Below are positions 45,158-55,492 of a stretch of 64,000 nt of DNA, piece after piece. The notes beneath the pieces were generated by a model. The model saw nothing but the letters and a program-made list of their open reading frames with translations, ran no database searches and was not told the origin of the DNA. The number at the start of each line of letters is the position of its first letter. Within the stretch, counting starts at the first letter, position 1. This DNA is from Ignavibacteria bacterium (lineage in GTDB: Bacteria; Bacteroidota; Ignavibacteria; Kapaibacteriales; Kapaibacteriaceae), in assembly GCA_016873895.1 (NCBI GenBank), contig VGVV01000001.1, positions 80,776 to 144,775 on the forward strand, given 5' to 3'. The position numbers and the translations under genes were made by a program.

Positions 45158-47088
45158 TATCCCTTTCAAACATTACTGTTGATTTTGGTACTCGCGTCTT
45201 GTTCAAAGGTGTGAATTTTCTGATTAAGCGTGGAGATCGTATCGGTCTTGTCGGACGCAATGGTGCTGGAAAGTCTACGATGCTCAGCATCATTGCTGGG
45301 GAACGTCAGGCCACCTCGGGCGATGTCTCTCGTCAGAACGCTATACGCGTTGGGTTCCTATCTCAAGATCTCACGCTCGACATCACGAAAACCCTTCGTG
45401 AAACAGCCATGCAGGCATTCGAAGAGGTGCTCAAGCTTCACGACGAGATCGACCGCATTCAGCATCAGTTGGAAACACGCACAGATTACGAGACCGAAGA
45501 CTACATGAAGCTCGTGCAGCGTCTTACAGACGTGAACGACCTGTACGCGCGACGTGGCGGACTTACCATGCAGGCAGATATCGAGCAGATATTAACCGGT
45601 CTTGGCTTTGAACGCGAGCAACTCGACAATCCCCTTACGATGTTCTCAGGGGGCTGGCAGATGCGTGCAGAGCTTGGGCGTTTGCTGTTGCAACATCCCG
45701 ACTGCCTTTTGCTTGACGAGCCAACAAACCACCTCGATATCGATTCTGTGCGCTGGCTAGAGGATTTTCTATCTACCTACGACGGTGCCGTGGTGCTGAT
45801 CTCACACGACCGCACGTTTCTGGACAACATCACCAACCGCACGATTGAGATTACCAAGAACAAGGTGTACGACATCCCTGCTTCGTATTCAGACTACGAA
45901 GAGATTCGCGCCGAGCGCATGGAACAGCAGAAAGCCATTGCTGCCAGACAGGGCCGCGAGCGTGAGCGCATGCAGAAATGGATAGATCGGTTTAAGTACA
46001 AAGCATCCATGGCGTCCCGTGCACAATCGCGCATCAAAGCACTGCAGCGCATGGAGGTTGTAGAAGTCGATGATCAAGATACCTCTTCGATTCACTTTGC
46101 ATTTCCACCTGCACCCCGCGCCGGACGTGTCGTAGTAGAGTGCACGAATGTTGTAAAGAATTACGGAGACAAGCGAGTACTGCGTGGGGTTGACTTCGCG
46201 CTTGAACGAGGCGAAAAAATTGCCTTCATTGGAAAGAACGGAGAAGGCAAGACTACACTCGCAAAGATCATTGCCAGCGCAGAGCCCCCTACAAGTGGAG
46301 AGTTTCAGGTTGGTCATGCCACTTCGATTGGCTACTATGCCCAGCATCAGGCCGACATGATGGACGGACATCAGACTGTATACGAGATCATGGAGCAAGC
46401 GTCGCCTCCAGAAATGCGCTCGCGTTTGCGCACGCTGCTGGGAGCATTTCTGTTCAAGGGCGACGATATCAACAAGCGCGTTGGTGTTCTGAGCGGCGGC
46501 GAGAAATCGCGTCTTGCACTGGCACGCCTTCTTCTACAACCATACAACCTGCTTATCCTTGACGAGCCCACGAACCACTTAGACATGCTCTCCAAAGAGG
46601 TGCTCAAAGAAGCACTCTTGGCCTATGATGGTGCCATGATCGTGGTATCGCACGATCGTGACTTTCTCGACGGACTTACAGAAAAGATCATCGCTTTCCG
46701 CATGGGAACACTGAAGGAGTACGAGGGAGATGTTGATGCATATCTCAAGTTACTGGGCGACCCCCATGTGCAGGATGCTCCGCCCCCTACCGAGATTCCA
46801 CTCAAGCACGCACCTGCAGCAGACGACAAACCAGCCGTTCTAAGTCGTGAGGAGCAAAAAGCTCTGGAGCGTAAAAAGCGCAAAGCCGAACGGCGCATCG
46901 CAGAGATTGAGAAGCAGATTGGAGTTCAGGAAATGATGATGGCGGATCTCGAAGCAACACTGGCAGATCCCGAGCTCTATAGAGATCCGGTGAAGCAGCA
47001 TAAGAGTGTAACATCCTACGACACTGCAAAACGCGTGGTTGCGTCACTGATGGAGGAGTGGTCATCACTCATGGAAATCCTTCAGTAA
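45154..47088 (+). CDS. ABC-F family ATPase (two ABC domains, no TM domain)
   Basis: Walker A GRNGAGKST and GKNGEGKTT, signatures FSGGWQMR and LSGGEKSR, charged C-terminal coiled tail. The GTG 45154 start overlaps the coaBC stop (GTGA); the track start at 45091 is inside coaBC. Confidence 0.85.
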   Translation: MISLSNITVDFGTRVLFKGVNFLIKRGDRIGLVGRNGAGKSTMLSIIAGERQATSGDVSRQNAIRVGFLSQDLTLDITKTLRETAMQAFEEVLKLHDEIDRIQHQLETRTDYETEDYMKLVQRLTDVNDLYARRGGLTMQADIEQILTGLGFEREQLDNPLTMFSGGWQMRAELGRLLLQHPDCLLLDEPTNHLDIDSVRWLEDFLSTYDGAVVLISHDRTFLDNITNRTIEITKNKVYDIPASYSDYEEIRAERMEQQKAIAARQGRERERMQKWIDRFKYKASMASRAQSRIKALQRMEVVEVDDQDTSSIHFAFPPAPRAGRVVVECTNVVKNYGDKRVLRGVDFALERGEKIAFIGKNGEGKTTLAKIIASAEPPTSGEFQVGHATSIGYYAQHQADMMDGHQTVYEIMEQASPPEMRSRLRTLLGAFLFKGDDINKRVGVLSGGEKSRLALARLLLQPYNLLILDEPTNHLDMLSKEVLKEALLAYDGAMIVVSHDRDFLDGLTEKIIAFRMGTLKEYEGDVDAYLKLLGDPHVQDAPPPTEIPLKHAPAADDKPAVLSREEQKALERKKRKAERRIAEIEKQIGVQEMMMADLEATLADPELYRDPVKQHKSVTSYDTAKRVVASLMEEWSSLMEILQ

Positions 47089-47109
47089 TAACCGAAACAG
47101 GAGCATCAT

Positions 47110-47817
47110 ATGTTGCGCATTCTGGCTCTATCCATCATAACGTTGATTGTTATCCTGCCAGCACGCGCTCAGGATCAAAAGACTCAACGTCAGATCTCTA
47201 TGGACGGCGAAGCATCAATGATGGTTGCGCCAGATATGGCAAGCATCTCAATCGGTGTCGAAACCGAGGGCACGAACATTGCCGATATCAAGCGCGATAA
47301 TGATCTGCGTGTATCATCGATCTATGAAGCTCTGAAGGGGCTTGGCATTGCAGGCAAGGACATCCAAACCAGCGAGTTATCAATGCAACTCATCTACGAC
47401 TATTCAAGTAAGCGTCGGAAGTTTCTGCGCTACGAGATGCGCAACCTTGTTGTGATCACGGTTCGCAAACTTGACAACATCGATAAGGTTATCAACGCAT
47501 CGGTACGCGAAGGAAGCAACATACTCGAGGGTGTGCATTTTATCGTATCGAACCGTGATGCGTTGGCTGATTCCTTACAAATCGAAGCAGCAAAAAGTGC
47601 CCGTAAGCGTGCATCGGATATTGCAAGTGCCATTGGAGCCAGGCTGGGTAAGGCGCTCACAATTACTGCTACCCGAATAGATGCAACTGAACCGATGTAC
47701 AAGCAACGAGCATTTGCCATGATGGCTGATGGAGTTGGGAACGGGGCATCAACGCCTGTTTCCGGCGGCGAAATGAAGCTTCGTTCGTCGGTAAGTATTA
47801 CATTCGAGCTCGAATGA
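47110..47817 (+). CDS. SIMPL domain (DUF541) periplasmic protein
   Basis: Signal peptide, then ISMDGEASMMVAPDMASISIGVETEG... and the C-terminal GGEMKLRSSVSITFEL pattern typical of SIMPL/26-kDa periplasmic immunogenic proteins. Confidence 0.7.
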   Translation: MLRILALSIITLIVILPARAQDQKTQRQISMDGEASMMVAPDMASISIGVETEGTNIADIKRDNDLRVSSIYEALKGLGIAGKDIQTSELSMQLIYDYSSKRRKFLRYEMRNLVVITVRKLDNIDKVINASVREGSNILEGVHFIVSNRDALADSLQIEAAKSARKRASDIASAIGARLGKALTITATRIDATEPMYKQRAFAMMADGVGNGASTPVSGGEMKLRSSVSITFELE

Positions 47818-48557
47818 TCAACGGCAAACGCATAGTAGTTGTCATGCCGGCATACAATGCCGAGAAGACGCTTGAGCAAACGTATCGAGAGATACCTCTT
47901 GATATCGTGGACGTGGTTATCCTTGTAGATGATCACTCACGTGACAACACCAGCGAACTTGCTCACAGTTTAGGCATTGCACATGTGATCCGTCATGATG
48001 CTAATCGCGGCTACGGGGGCAACCAGAAGACGTGTTACGCCAAGGCCCTCGAGATCGGCGCCGACATCGTGATCATGGTTCACCCGGACTACCAATACAC
48101 CCCAACGCTCATCCCATCGATGGCTTGGATGATCGCTAATGATGTCTACCCAGTCGTCCTCGCATCACGCATCCTTGGCAATGGCGCGCTCAAAGGTGGC
48201 ATGCCTCTGTACAAGTACATTGCCAACCGTGGGCTAACATTCTTTCAGAATGTCTTTGTTTCGCAAAAGCTCAGCGAATACCATACAGGCTATCGAGCGT
48301 TCTCACGGCAGGTATTTGAGCGCATCAATCTCGAAGCCAATAGCGACGACTTTGTCTTCGACAATCAGATGCTGTCGCAAATCATCATGGCAGACTTCCC
48401 TATTGGAGAAGTCACGTGCCCATCCAAGTACTTCGATGACGCATCATCGATCAACTTCCGTCGTAGCTCCATATACGGCATCGGTGTAATTGCCACCAGC
48501 CTGCAGCACAGACTGCACAAGTGGGGCGTAATCAAAAACGCGCGCTACAGCAAGTAA
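47814..48557 (+). CDS. family 2 glycosyltransferase
   Basis: VVVMPAYNAEKTL...ILVDDHSRDNT...MVHPDYQY (DxD-like). The start overlaps the upstream stop (ATGA). Confidence 0.8.
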   Translation: MINGKRIVVVMPAYNAEKTLEQTYREIPLDIVDVVILVDDHSRDNTSELAHSLGIAHVIRHDANRGYGGNQKTCYAKALEIGADIVIMVHPDYQYTPTLIPSMAWMIANDVYPVVLASRILGNGALKGGMPLYKYIANRGLTFFQNVFVSQKLSEYHTGYRAFSRQVFERINLEANSDDFVFDNQMLSQIIMADFPIGEVTCPSKYFDDASSINFRRSSIYGIGVIATSLQHRLHKWGVIKNARYSK

Positions 48558-48564
48558 CGTCTGA

Positions 48565-50235
48565 TTAAGCCTGCTTGCGCACACCGATTACGTTGTATCG
48601 GTTTGTTACGAACTGCCAATCGGCAAATGTTGCATTACCAGCTGGGTTGCAACCTGTTCCATGGAAGTCGCTAAACGCTGCGGACTGATTCACCCACACA
48701 AAGCTGTTAAAGTTGAACGCTACGGGCGCTCCCGCCATCACGATAGCATCTTCGGCTTGCTGCATCTTTGCAGCATCAGTTGTGTAGACAAGCGCACTCA
48801 ATGCGCCATGCTGGCGAATGCTCTGCTCAACGGTCTTGAGCGACTCATCAAACGAGCCTGTAGTGATGACGAATGAGATTGGACCGAACCATTCACGTGT
48901 GTATACATCTGAGCGCGAAACGTCTGTACGCAGCACAAGGGGCGAATGTGAAAGCGCTTGATCAAATCCTGGCTGTGCGATGGCTGAAGTGGCACGAATC
49001 TCTGCCAGTCCCAGATTGAGGGCTTCGCCGAGACGTCCTACCGTTGTTGGATTCTGAATAGCACCCAACGTTCCTGGACCAGCCTTCTCGTTGTTCACAA
49101 GTGCGTCGATCTTTTCACGAAGCTTTACGGCAACATCTTCAACAGAAACCGTTGCATCGCCAACCTTCATGCCGGATTCGGCGATGAAGATATTCTGCGG
49201 GGCCGTACACATCTGACCAGAGTACAGCGACAGAGAGAATGCGAGGTTGTCCATTGCCTTGTCAAGATCTTCTATGCTGTCGAGGATCACGCAATTCACG
49301 CCGGCCTTTTCGGTAAAGACCACCTTGCCATTCTTGATCGACTCTTGTTCAACGAGAGTGCCGAATGCCGAGCCCCCTGTGTAATCAATCACTTGAACTG
49401 CTGGATGTTGCACATACTCGAGTGTAAGGGGCTTTGCAGCCGTATCAACAGCAAGCTGGATAACATTAGGGTCGAGTCCGAGTTCTACGAGCACATTGCG
49501 GAGCTCTGCGATAACAATCGCTATCGGATAGACAGCCCCAGGATGGGGCTTGACGATAACGCTATTACCTGTTACGAGTCCAGCGAACATTCCTGGAGTT
49601 GTATTCCAGACAGGAAACGTTGAGCAGCCAATAACGAGGTTTATACCCTTTGGTACGATCCGATATGACTTGTCGATGTTTACAGCGAACTTCCCCATCG
49701 GCTTGGACCACTGCACAGATTGCGTAAAGCTACCTTGTGCTGCAAGCCCCATGGCGACTGCTTCAAGCGCGCGATCAAATGCATGCGGACCCGAGGCCTG
49801 AAAGGCCATCACAAATCCTTGTCCGGTTGTGTGCTGCGTTGCGTATCCAATCTCAAAGAAGTGCTTCGAGCCCCGCTCAAGCGCTTCTACGAGGATCGAT
49901 GCACGTTCTGTGGGTGTAAGACTCTGCCAAGCAGTCTGCGCAGCCGATGCACGCTCTACAACCGCCGCAACAGATGAGCTAGGATACGTTATACCCAATG
50001 GGAATCCGTATGGAGATGATTCATCTCCAACCCATTCATCGCCCCCTGACAGGCGGTCGAACTTTGCATTGCGCTGACCCTTAAACCTTGCAAGTCCATC
50101 ATCGTTGGCCGTTTCACCATAGATTTTACCACTGGGTGCTTCAGGCCAATGTGCGTGAAATGTCCGTTCCTGATTTGCCTTGATGGCATCAGCTAACGTT
50201 TGGGAATGTGTTGAGCAAAGTTCTGATAACGTCAC
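48565..50235 (-). CDS. aldehyde dehydrogenase superfamily protein, PaaN-like
   Basis: 556 aa. FTEKAGVN (in place of ELGGKN) and SGQMCTAPQ (catalytic Cys) blocks. The N-terminal ...RTFHAHWPEAPSGKIYGE resembles long PaaN-type enzymes. Confidence 0.55.
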   Translation of the reverse strand: MTLSELCSTHSQTLADAIKANQERTFHAHWPEAPSGKIYGETANDDGLARFKGQRNAKFDRLSGGDEWVGDESSPYGFPLGITYPSSSVAAVVERASAAQTAWQSLTPTERASILVEALERGSKHFFEIGYATQHTTGQGFVMAFQASGPHAFDRALEAVAMGLAAQGSFTQSVQWSKPMGKFAVNIDKSYRIVPKGINLVIGCSTFPVWNTTPGMFAGLVTGNSVIVKPHPGAVYPIAIVIAELRNVLVELGLDPNVIQLAVDTAAKPLTLEYVQHPAVQVIDYTGGSAFGTLVEQESIKNGKVVFTEKAGVNCVILDSIEDLDKAMDNLAFSLSLYSGQMCTAPQNIFIAESGMKVGDATVSVEDVAVKLREKIDALVNNEKAGPGTLGAIQNPTTVGRLGEALNLGLAEIRATSAIAQPGFDQALSHSPLVLRTDVSRSDVYTREWFGPISFVITTGSFDESLKTVEQSIRQHGALSALVYTTDAAKMQQAEDAIVMAGAPVAFNFNSFVWVNQSAAFSDFHGTGCNPAGNATFADWQFVTNRYNVIGVRKQA

Positions 50236-50260
50236 GTGTAACCCCTATGAAGATTGGCTA

Positions 50261-50268
50261 CAAAGTTA
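50261..50268 (-). promoter_or_regulatory. candidate -7 promoter element (TAACTTTG on the minus strand) for the PaaN-like gene
   Basis: Plus-strand caaagtta, 26 nt upstream of ATG 50235. Confidence 0.3.
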
Positions 50269-50293
50269 CGCAGGCAGAACCCTTCGTAACGGG

Positions 50294-50301
50294 TATCTTT
50301 G
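50294..50301 (+). promoter_or_regulatory. candidate -7 promoter element TATCTTTG abutting the start codon
   Basis: Exact octamer only 4 nt before ATG 50306 (TATCTTTGcgccATG). This implies a leaderless or near-leaderless transcript, or a downstream start. Confidence 0.3.
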
Positions 50302-50305
50302 CGCC

Positions 50306-52105
50306 ATGAAACACCTCATTATTCTCTCCCTCTTGTGTGGGGCAGTACAGGTCTTTTCGCAGCAAACACCGGCAGGACGAGCTTACGCGGGTGTGGTCAA
50401 CGGAGACACTGTCTGGCTTGATGAATATTCGAAAGAAGTTGGCAGAAAGACTGAATACGTTCAACAACGCGGCAACGTAGATCCATCCGAGATCATGCAG
50501 CAGTCATGGAATGAACTTACTCAGCGCAAACTCCTTCTCAGAGAATCCGTTCGTCTGGGCTTGCGGGTAACGAACCTAGATATCGATAGCATTTTTCTGA
50601 CTGCTACTCCTGATTTCATCAAGCGTGGTGTAGTAGATCAGAAAGGAAAGTTCGACATTGACCTTCTCAAGGCTATACTCTTCAGTCCCGACTCGTTGAT
50701 TAAGGCTAACATGAAGGGTATGCCAGAGAAAGAGCAGGCCCAAGAACTCCTTCAGTTAAAAGCCTCGGTATCGCAATGGCGCGAGATTATCGGCCTTGGC
50801 GCGACAGAAGCTCGCTTGCGAAAGGCACTAACAGATACCGTAACACTCGATACTGCGTTAGTAAAGCCCCGTTTTCGAGAGGCTGCAACTTCTGCCACAG
50901 CAGATATTATCTACGTGCCTTGTCAGACAGACTTGCCTGCCCCTTCCGTGTCCGAGATGGAGTCCTTTCATAAGGCCAACCCGCAAGAGTTTATGTCCGC
51001 ACAACCTATGAGGCGGCTCGCATACCTGGCCTGGCCAATGACTGCTGCACCCATTGACTCAGCCCTTGTGCTCCAGAATGTTACCCGCTTTGTTTCGCTC
51101 ATGAATGGGGCTCGTAATGCCCGCACACGAGACTCTCTGTGGATGAGTGTTGCCGGAACAACATCCTCTGGTGGAGCGCGCCTATCGCCTGATTCAACAG
51201 CACACTCATCATTCTACGCCCTGGTTAAGGGTAAGAAAGCCGGCACCACTGTTGATCCAATCCGCCACGCATCTGGCGTACACGTCATGTTCGTTGATTC
51301 GCTCCTCCATCAGAAAGGCAAAAAGTTGCCCGACATCAAGGTGCGTGTGATTGTAACACAGATCGAGCCATCACGCCAGACCATAGATAGCATTCTCAAG
51401 ATTGTTGATGACGCCTCAAGCCTCTACGACCAAGGTCTTGAGTTGGGAGCAATTGCCGGACGTTTTGGACGGACGATAGAGCTTTCCCCATGGTTTACGG
51501 ATGACGACAAGATTTTTGGATCATATCGCCTCGGAGACATAGCATTCAAAACACAACTTGCCGCGGCATGCGATCCAATCGATACACCAGAAAAGGGCGT
51601 GGTACTTGGAGTTGTTGTAGACAGTATCGATGCCGGCCCCATGCCCTTTGATGCTGCAACATCCAGGATTGCGATGCTCATGAATCGTCAGCGTGGCTGC
51701 GATGCTCGGCGTGATTTGATGAAGACCATCATGGGGCTAACCACGCGCCTCGATGATGGAGTGATGTTTATCGCAGAAAACCCGAAGGGCGCTTCCATCA
51801 TGAGAGGGGTAACCGTGCAGAGTGGCTTTATCGGCGAAGAACTCTACGATCCCACCGCAGCAAAAGAAGTTCTCGCCAAGCCCCTTCCAAGCCTCTATGG
51901 TCCGTTTCTAGGAGACCTCGGATGGTATATCGTAAACATTACTAGTGCAGTTAGGGCAAATGATGCCGAGTTCCCGATGTGGTTGGAGCTTCGGTCCGAA
52001 GATTTGCTGCAGGAGCGCAAGCAGGCACGCTGGGATGAATATCTTGAGAGCCTTCGTAAGAATGCCACCATCGAGGACAACCGTTGGTATTTTTTCCGGT
52101 ATTGA
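50306..52105 (+). CDS. SurA/PpiD-like periplasmic chaperone (SurA N-terminal-domain protein)
   Basis: Start re-called to MKHLIILSLLCGAVQVFSQ (signal peptide). VVNGDTVWLDEYSKEV... resembles SurA_N/PpiD openings. I could not confirm a parvulin domain by eye. Confidence 0.45.
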   Translation: MKHLIILSLLCGAVQVFSQQTPAGRAYAGVVNGDTVWLDEYSKEVGRKTEYVQQRGNVDPSEIMQQSWNELTQRKLLLRESVRLGLRVTNLDIDSIFLTATPDFIKRGVVDQKGKFDIDLLKAILFSPDSLIKANMKGMPEKEQAQELLQLKASVSQWREIIGLGATEARLRKALTDTVTLDTALVKPRFREAATSATADIIYVPCQTDLPAPSVSEMESFHKANPQEFMSAQPMRRLAYLAWPMTAAPIDSALVLQNVTRFVSLMNGARNARTRDSLWMSVAGTTSSGGARLSPDSTAHSSFYALVKGKKAGTTVDPIRHASGVHVMFVDSLLHQKGKKLPDIKVRVIVTQIEPSRQTIDSILKIVDDASSLYDQGLELGAIAGRFGRTIELSPWFTDDDKIFGSYRLGDIAFKTQLAAACDPIDTPEKGVVLGVVVDSIDAGPMPFDAATSRIAMLMNRQRGCDARRDLMKTIMGLTTRLDDGVMFIAENPKGASIMRGVTVQSGFIGEELYDPTAAKEVLAKPLPSLYGPFLGDLGWYIVNITSAVRANDAEFPMWLELRSEDLLQERKQARWDEYLESLRKNATIEDNRWYFFRY

Positions 52106-52120
52106 TAGGCTGTACTCAAC

Positions 52121-52699
52121 ATGTCACTCCTCATTCTTGACCTAGGTGGCGTGCTCTATGATATCGATTTCGAGCGCACGCGACGCGCAATGCTCAATCT
52201 GCCGGGATATAATGGTGCGCCGATCGAGTTTGGAGTTGAATCACAATCAGACGTCTTTATAGCATATGACAGAGGCGATATCTCAACATCAGAGTTCAGA
52301 GGTGCACTTCGCGGTCTCTATGGGTTTACCTGTAGTAACGACGAGCTAGATCATGCTTGGTGTGCGATCCTCGAACGGGGTCTGTTTGCGGATGCCACTG
52401 AGCGTGTTCGGGGTTTCGAGCGCCACTACAATGTATCGAGAACCGTTATTCTCTCGAACATTTCAGAGCTGCACTACCTGGATTCTGCAGAGCGATGCAA
52501 ACCAGTCTTTGATCTCGTCGATGAAACCTACTTCTCCTATCTGATTAGACTACGGAAGCCTGATCCACAGGCATTCCTATACGTCTGCGCTCAACAGGGG
52601 TACTCCCCTTCTGAAACAACCCTCGTTGACGACTCGCGGTCAAACTGCGATGCGGCACAAGCGCTTGGGATCTCCGTTTGCTGGTGGCAGTCGGTCTGA
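52121..52699 (+). CDS. HAD-IA family hydrolase
   Basis: LILDLGGVLY (DxG variant of motif I), SN (motif II), K and DD motifs. 192 aa. Confidence 0.6.
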   Translation: MSLLILDLGGVLYDIDFERTRRAMLNLPGYNGAPIEFGVESQSDVFIAYDRGDISTSEFRGALRGLYGFTCSNDELDHAWCAILERGLFADATERVRGFERHYNVSRTVILSNISELHYLDSAERCKPVFDLVDETYFSYLIRLRKPDPQAFLYVCAQQGYSPSETTLVDDSRSNCDAAQALGISVCWWQSV

Positions 52700-52717
52700 T
52701 CCTCTCTCTGCGACAAT

Positions 52718-53923
52718 CTAACGCGGCAAGTCTTGTCCTCTTGTCTCGCGGGCCCAGATCAATGTGATCAGACCAATCACGTAAGCTCCGGCAAAGAGTG
52801 TTATGGCATTGTGATAGCCGCCAAGATGTTCAACAAGAACGCCTAGGAAAAAGACACCTGTTGCCGTCAACACGCGCCCCATGTTCATACTCAGCCCCGT
52901 TCGTGTTCCCCGAACGATCGTAGGAAACAGCTCAGGAAGATAGCCGCTCAGAATCCCCTGGTTAAGGCCAATAAAGACGCAGATACTGAATGCTCCGGCA
53001 AAGAATGTAAACGAAGGTGCAAGTCCCGTCTGCAAGGTGAGCACGGTAGTGGTCAGGCAACCGACATAACCAATAGCCGCGGCCTTGCGCCTTCCCAAAC
53101 GATTCGATAGCACACCGCTCAAGAGCCCACCAACAACGTTGCCAGCACCAAACATGATGTTGGCAAGTGATCGATTCGTCTGTGAGTGCTCCGGCATACT
53201 CATCTTTGCTACGTACGTGGGCATCCATGCAAGCACAGCCCATATGCCGAGAAGCATCGAACCAAACAAAACGATAGCCACAACAAGGTCTCGCCTGTAT
53301 GATCTATGCCATACGTTGTGATTCTCTTGAGTTGCTGCCAGCATGCGTGCCGACCACATGTCGCTTTCACGCACGATCACCAGGGCTGCAATGGCCAAAA
53401 ACATGGCGGCGCTGGCAATGCGATAACCTGCCTGCCAATCATCGGTTGATTGTGTGATAAGTCCAGCAAGGATGAATCCCATTGGGAACGCATTGATCAA
53501 GATTCCGACCACAATAGGCCTGCTCGACGTCGGAAAGGCCTCGGAGATCATAACAACCGACTGAGCCAGCACACTTCCAACACCAACGCCCATCACAACA
53601 CGCGCACAGATGAGCATAAAGAATGTGTCTGCAAAGCTCACAAACAGCATGGCAGACGTTGCCAGAAGCACACTGATGAAATACGCATACCTACGTCCGA
53701 TCTTATCGGAAACCCAGCCCAAGGCGAAGGCACCTATAGCCCAACCCAGAAGAAATGCCGAACCTCCGTACGACCCAATGAGCCGAATCGCATCCCCAGC
53801 ATCAACCCCAGGAAGCAGGCTTGCAGCTATTCTCGGTATGTAGCCACTAAACAACTGTGCTGCCATCCCGCATGCGGCAGTGCATGCCATGGCAAGAATG
53901 TACAATACGTGACGGTGTTGCAT
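52718..53923 (-). CDS. MFS transporter
   Basis: 12 predicted TM helices and a DKIGRRYAY loop (MFS motif A). ATG 53923 (MQHRHVLY...) chosen over the track start at 53980. Confidence 0.75.
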   Translation of the reverse strand: MQHRHVLYILAMACTAACGMAAQLFSGYIPRIAASLLPGVDAGDAIRLIGSYGGSAFLLGWAIGAFALGWVSDKIGRRYAYFISVLLATSAMLFVSFADTFFMLICARVVMGVGVGSVLAQSVVMISEAFPTSSRPIVVGILINAFPMGFILAGLITQSTDDWQAGYRIASAAMFLAIAALVIVRESDMWSARMLAATQENHNVWHRSYRRDLVVAIVLFGSMLLGIWAVLAWMPTYVAKMSMPEHSQTNRSLANIMFGAGNVVGGLLSGVLSNRLGRRKAAAIGYVGCLTTTVLTLQTGLAPSFTFFAGAFSICVFIGLNQGILSGYLPELFPTIVRGTRTGLSMNMGRVLTATGVFFLGVLVEHLGGYHNAITLFAGAYVIGLITLIWARETRGQDLPR

Positions 53924-53926
53924 ACA

Positions 53927-53934
53927 CAAAGATA
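53927..53934 (-). promoter_or_regulatory. candidate -7 promoter element TATCTTTG (minus strand) abutting the MFS start
   Basis: Plus-strand caaagata. On the minus strand TATCTTTGtgtATG, only 3 nt before ATG 53923. Confidence 0.3.
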
Positions 53935-54216
53935 GGCGTGTTATATATTTGTACCCGATGCAGTTACCATCGATAATCACGTTGGTACTGTGAGGGAAGC
54001 ACGTGGAATTCGTGCACGGTTGCGCCGCCGTAATGGCAGACGATCCAGCCTAGTTCTATGAGAACAGTCACTGCATACGTGTTGATGACACAATGTGGGA
54101 AGACGGATGGAGAGGATGAAGCCGAAGTCGGAATACCTGCTGCATCATATACTACAATTGGAGACGTTGTCTCCTCTGTCGCGCATCACGACAGACAATA
54201 CTCAAAGGAGCTCGCT

Positions 54217-55485
54217 ATGCGTAGCTTTCTCATGATCTGTGCATGTGTGTTCACATGCACGCAGGCTTTCACACAGAACAGAGTTCTTACCCCACCACTA
54301 CCTTCTGCCGTGTTCTTTGACGACGATGTGGTTCACGTACTGTGCGCGCGCCTCGATGCAGATTACGATGGCGAGATCGACACGGGCGATGTGCCTGCGT
54401 CATGGTTGGTCGTAGACCCCTCTACACTGAGCATTCTTCGAAGTCAGCAGTTTGCATGGAACGATGTGAAGGTTACACGATCTGGGTCTTCGCTCGAAAA
54501 GGATATACTTGATCTTGTGGTTGGCGAAGAAGTTGTGCGGTACCAGACAACCTCCCTTGCGCCGCTAGGCAGCTTGTTTGAAGGTAAGATTTACGGTCTC
54601 GATGCAAGCCAGGATCTCAAAACTCTTTGGATGAGCGAGCGTCCATCGTTTACAGACCCCGGTAACATTATCGAATACAACACCGATACGAAGCAGACAA
54701 CACGCATTCCAGTTGGCGTGAATCCCCAGCAGGTGTCGTATCATCAAACGGCAGGTGGTCTTGAGCAGGTGCTTGTTATATGTGAAGAGCTCTTTGGTAA
54801 GACGAACGGAACGTTTCGCATAGTTGATCTCAAGACTACACCGCGCACACAGAAGTCCATCGAAGTTGGAGACACGCCGAACTATTTCGTTGCCGATGGC
54901 GACACGGCATACGTTGTTGTTAATGGTTCGCATTCGGTGGTGATCATTGACCTTGTCAAACACGAAAAGATCGCGACGATCAATGTTGGCACAACCGGGT
55001 TTGATGGTCCACGTGAGGCAGCCGTCTGGTTCGACCCAACATCGAAATCCAAGATGCTGCTCGTTTCGACATTTGACGAAGAAATCCGCGTATTCAATCT
55101 CACAACGCGAGAGCACATAAAGACTATTGCTCTGCCTGCCAAGCCGGAAGGGATTGCCATTCGTGGTAATGATGTATGGGTTACTCAGACATTTACCAAA
55201 GACTCGTACGAGCCAGCCTCTGACGTAGCCATATACGATTTAGCAAGCGCTGTATCAGTCGATGACTTCATCACCCCTACCACGCCAAAAGGGATCTTGG
55301 CGTTCTCTGGTGCAGCCAATGTGCCTTTTGCACCGGGCGCAATGATCACAGTTACAGATATCACTGGTCGTATGACTGCCTTTTCTGCCGTAGTTTCCAG
55401 CTCGCAAACCGTTGATTGCACCATGTTGCCACATGGCACGTACATGCTTTCAAACGGAAAGGAATCTGTAAAACTCATGCGGTAA
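54217..55485 (+). CDS. secreted beta-propeller (YVTN/lactonase-like repeat) protein with T9SS C-terminal sorting domain
   Basis: AAAGGAG sits 7 nt upstream of ATG 54217. Signal peptide MRSFLMICACVFTCTQAFT. C-terminal ITVTDITGRMTAF...LPHGTYMLSNGKESVKLMR is CTD-like. Confidence 0.5.
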   Translation: MRSFLMICACVFTCTQAFTQNRVLTPPLPSAVFFDDDVVHVLCARLDADYDGEIDTGDVPASWLVVDPSTLSILRSQQFAWNDVKVTRSGSSLEKDILDLVVGEEVVRYQTTSLAPLGSLFEGKIYGLDASQDLKTLWMSERPSFTDPGNIIEYNTDTKQTTRIPVGVNPQQVSYHQTAGGLEQVLVICEELFGKTNGTFRIVDLKTTPRTQKSIEVGDTPNYFVADGDTAYVVVNGSHSVVIIDLVKHEKIATINVGTTGFDGPREAAVWFDPTSKSKMLLVSTFDEEIRVFNLTTREHIKTIALPAKPEGIAIRGNDVWVTQTFTKDSYEPASDVAIYDLASAVSVDDFITPTTPKGILAFSGAANVPFAPGAMITVTDITGRMTAFSAVVSSSQTVDCTMLPHGTYMLSNGKESVKLMR

Positions 55486-55492
55486 AAGCTTA

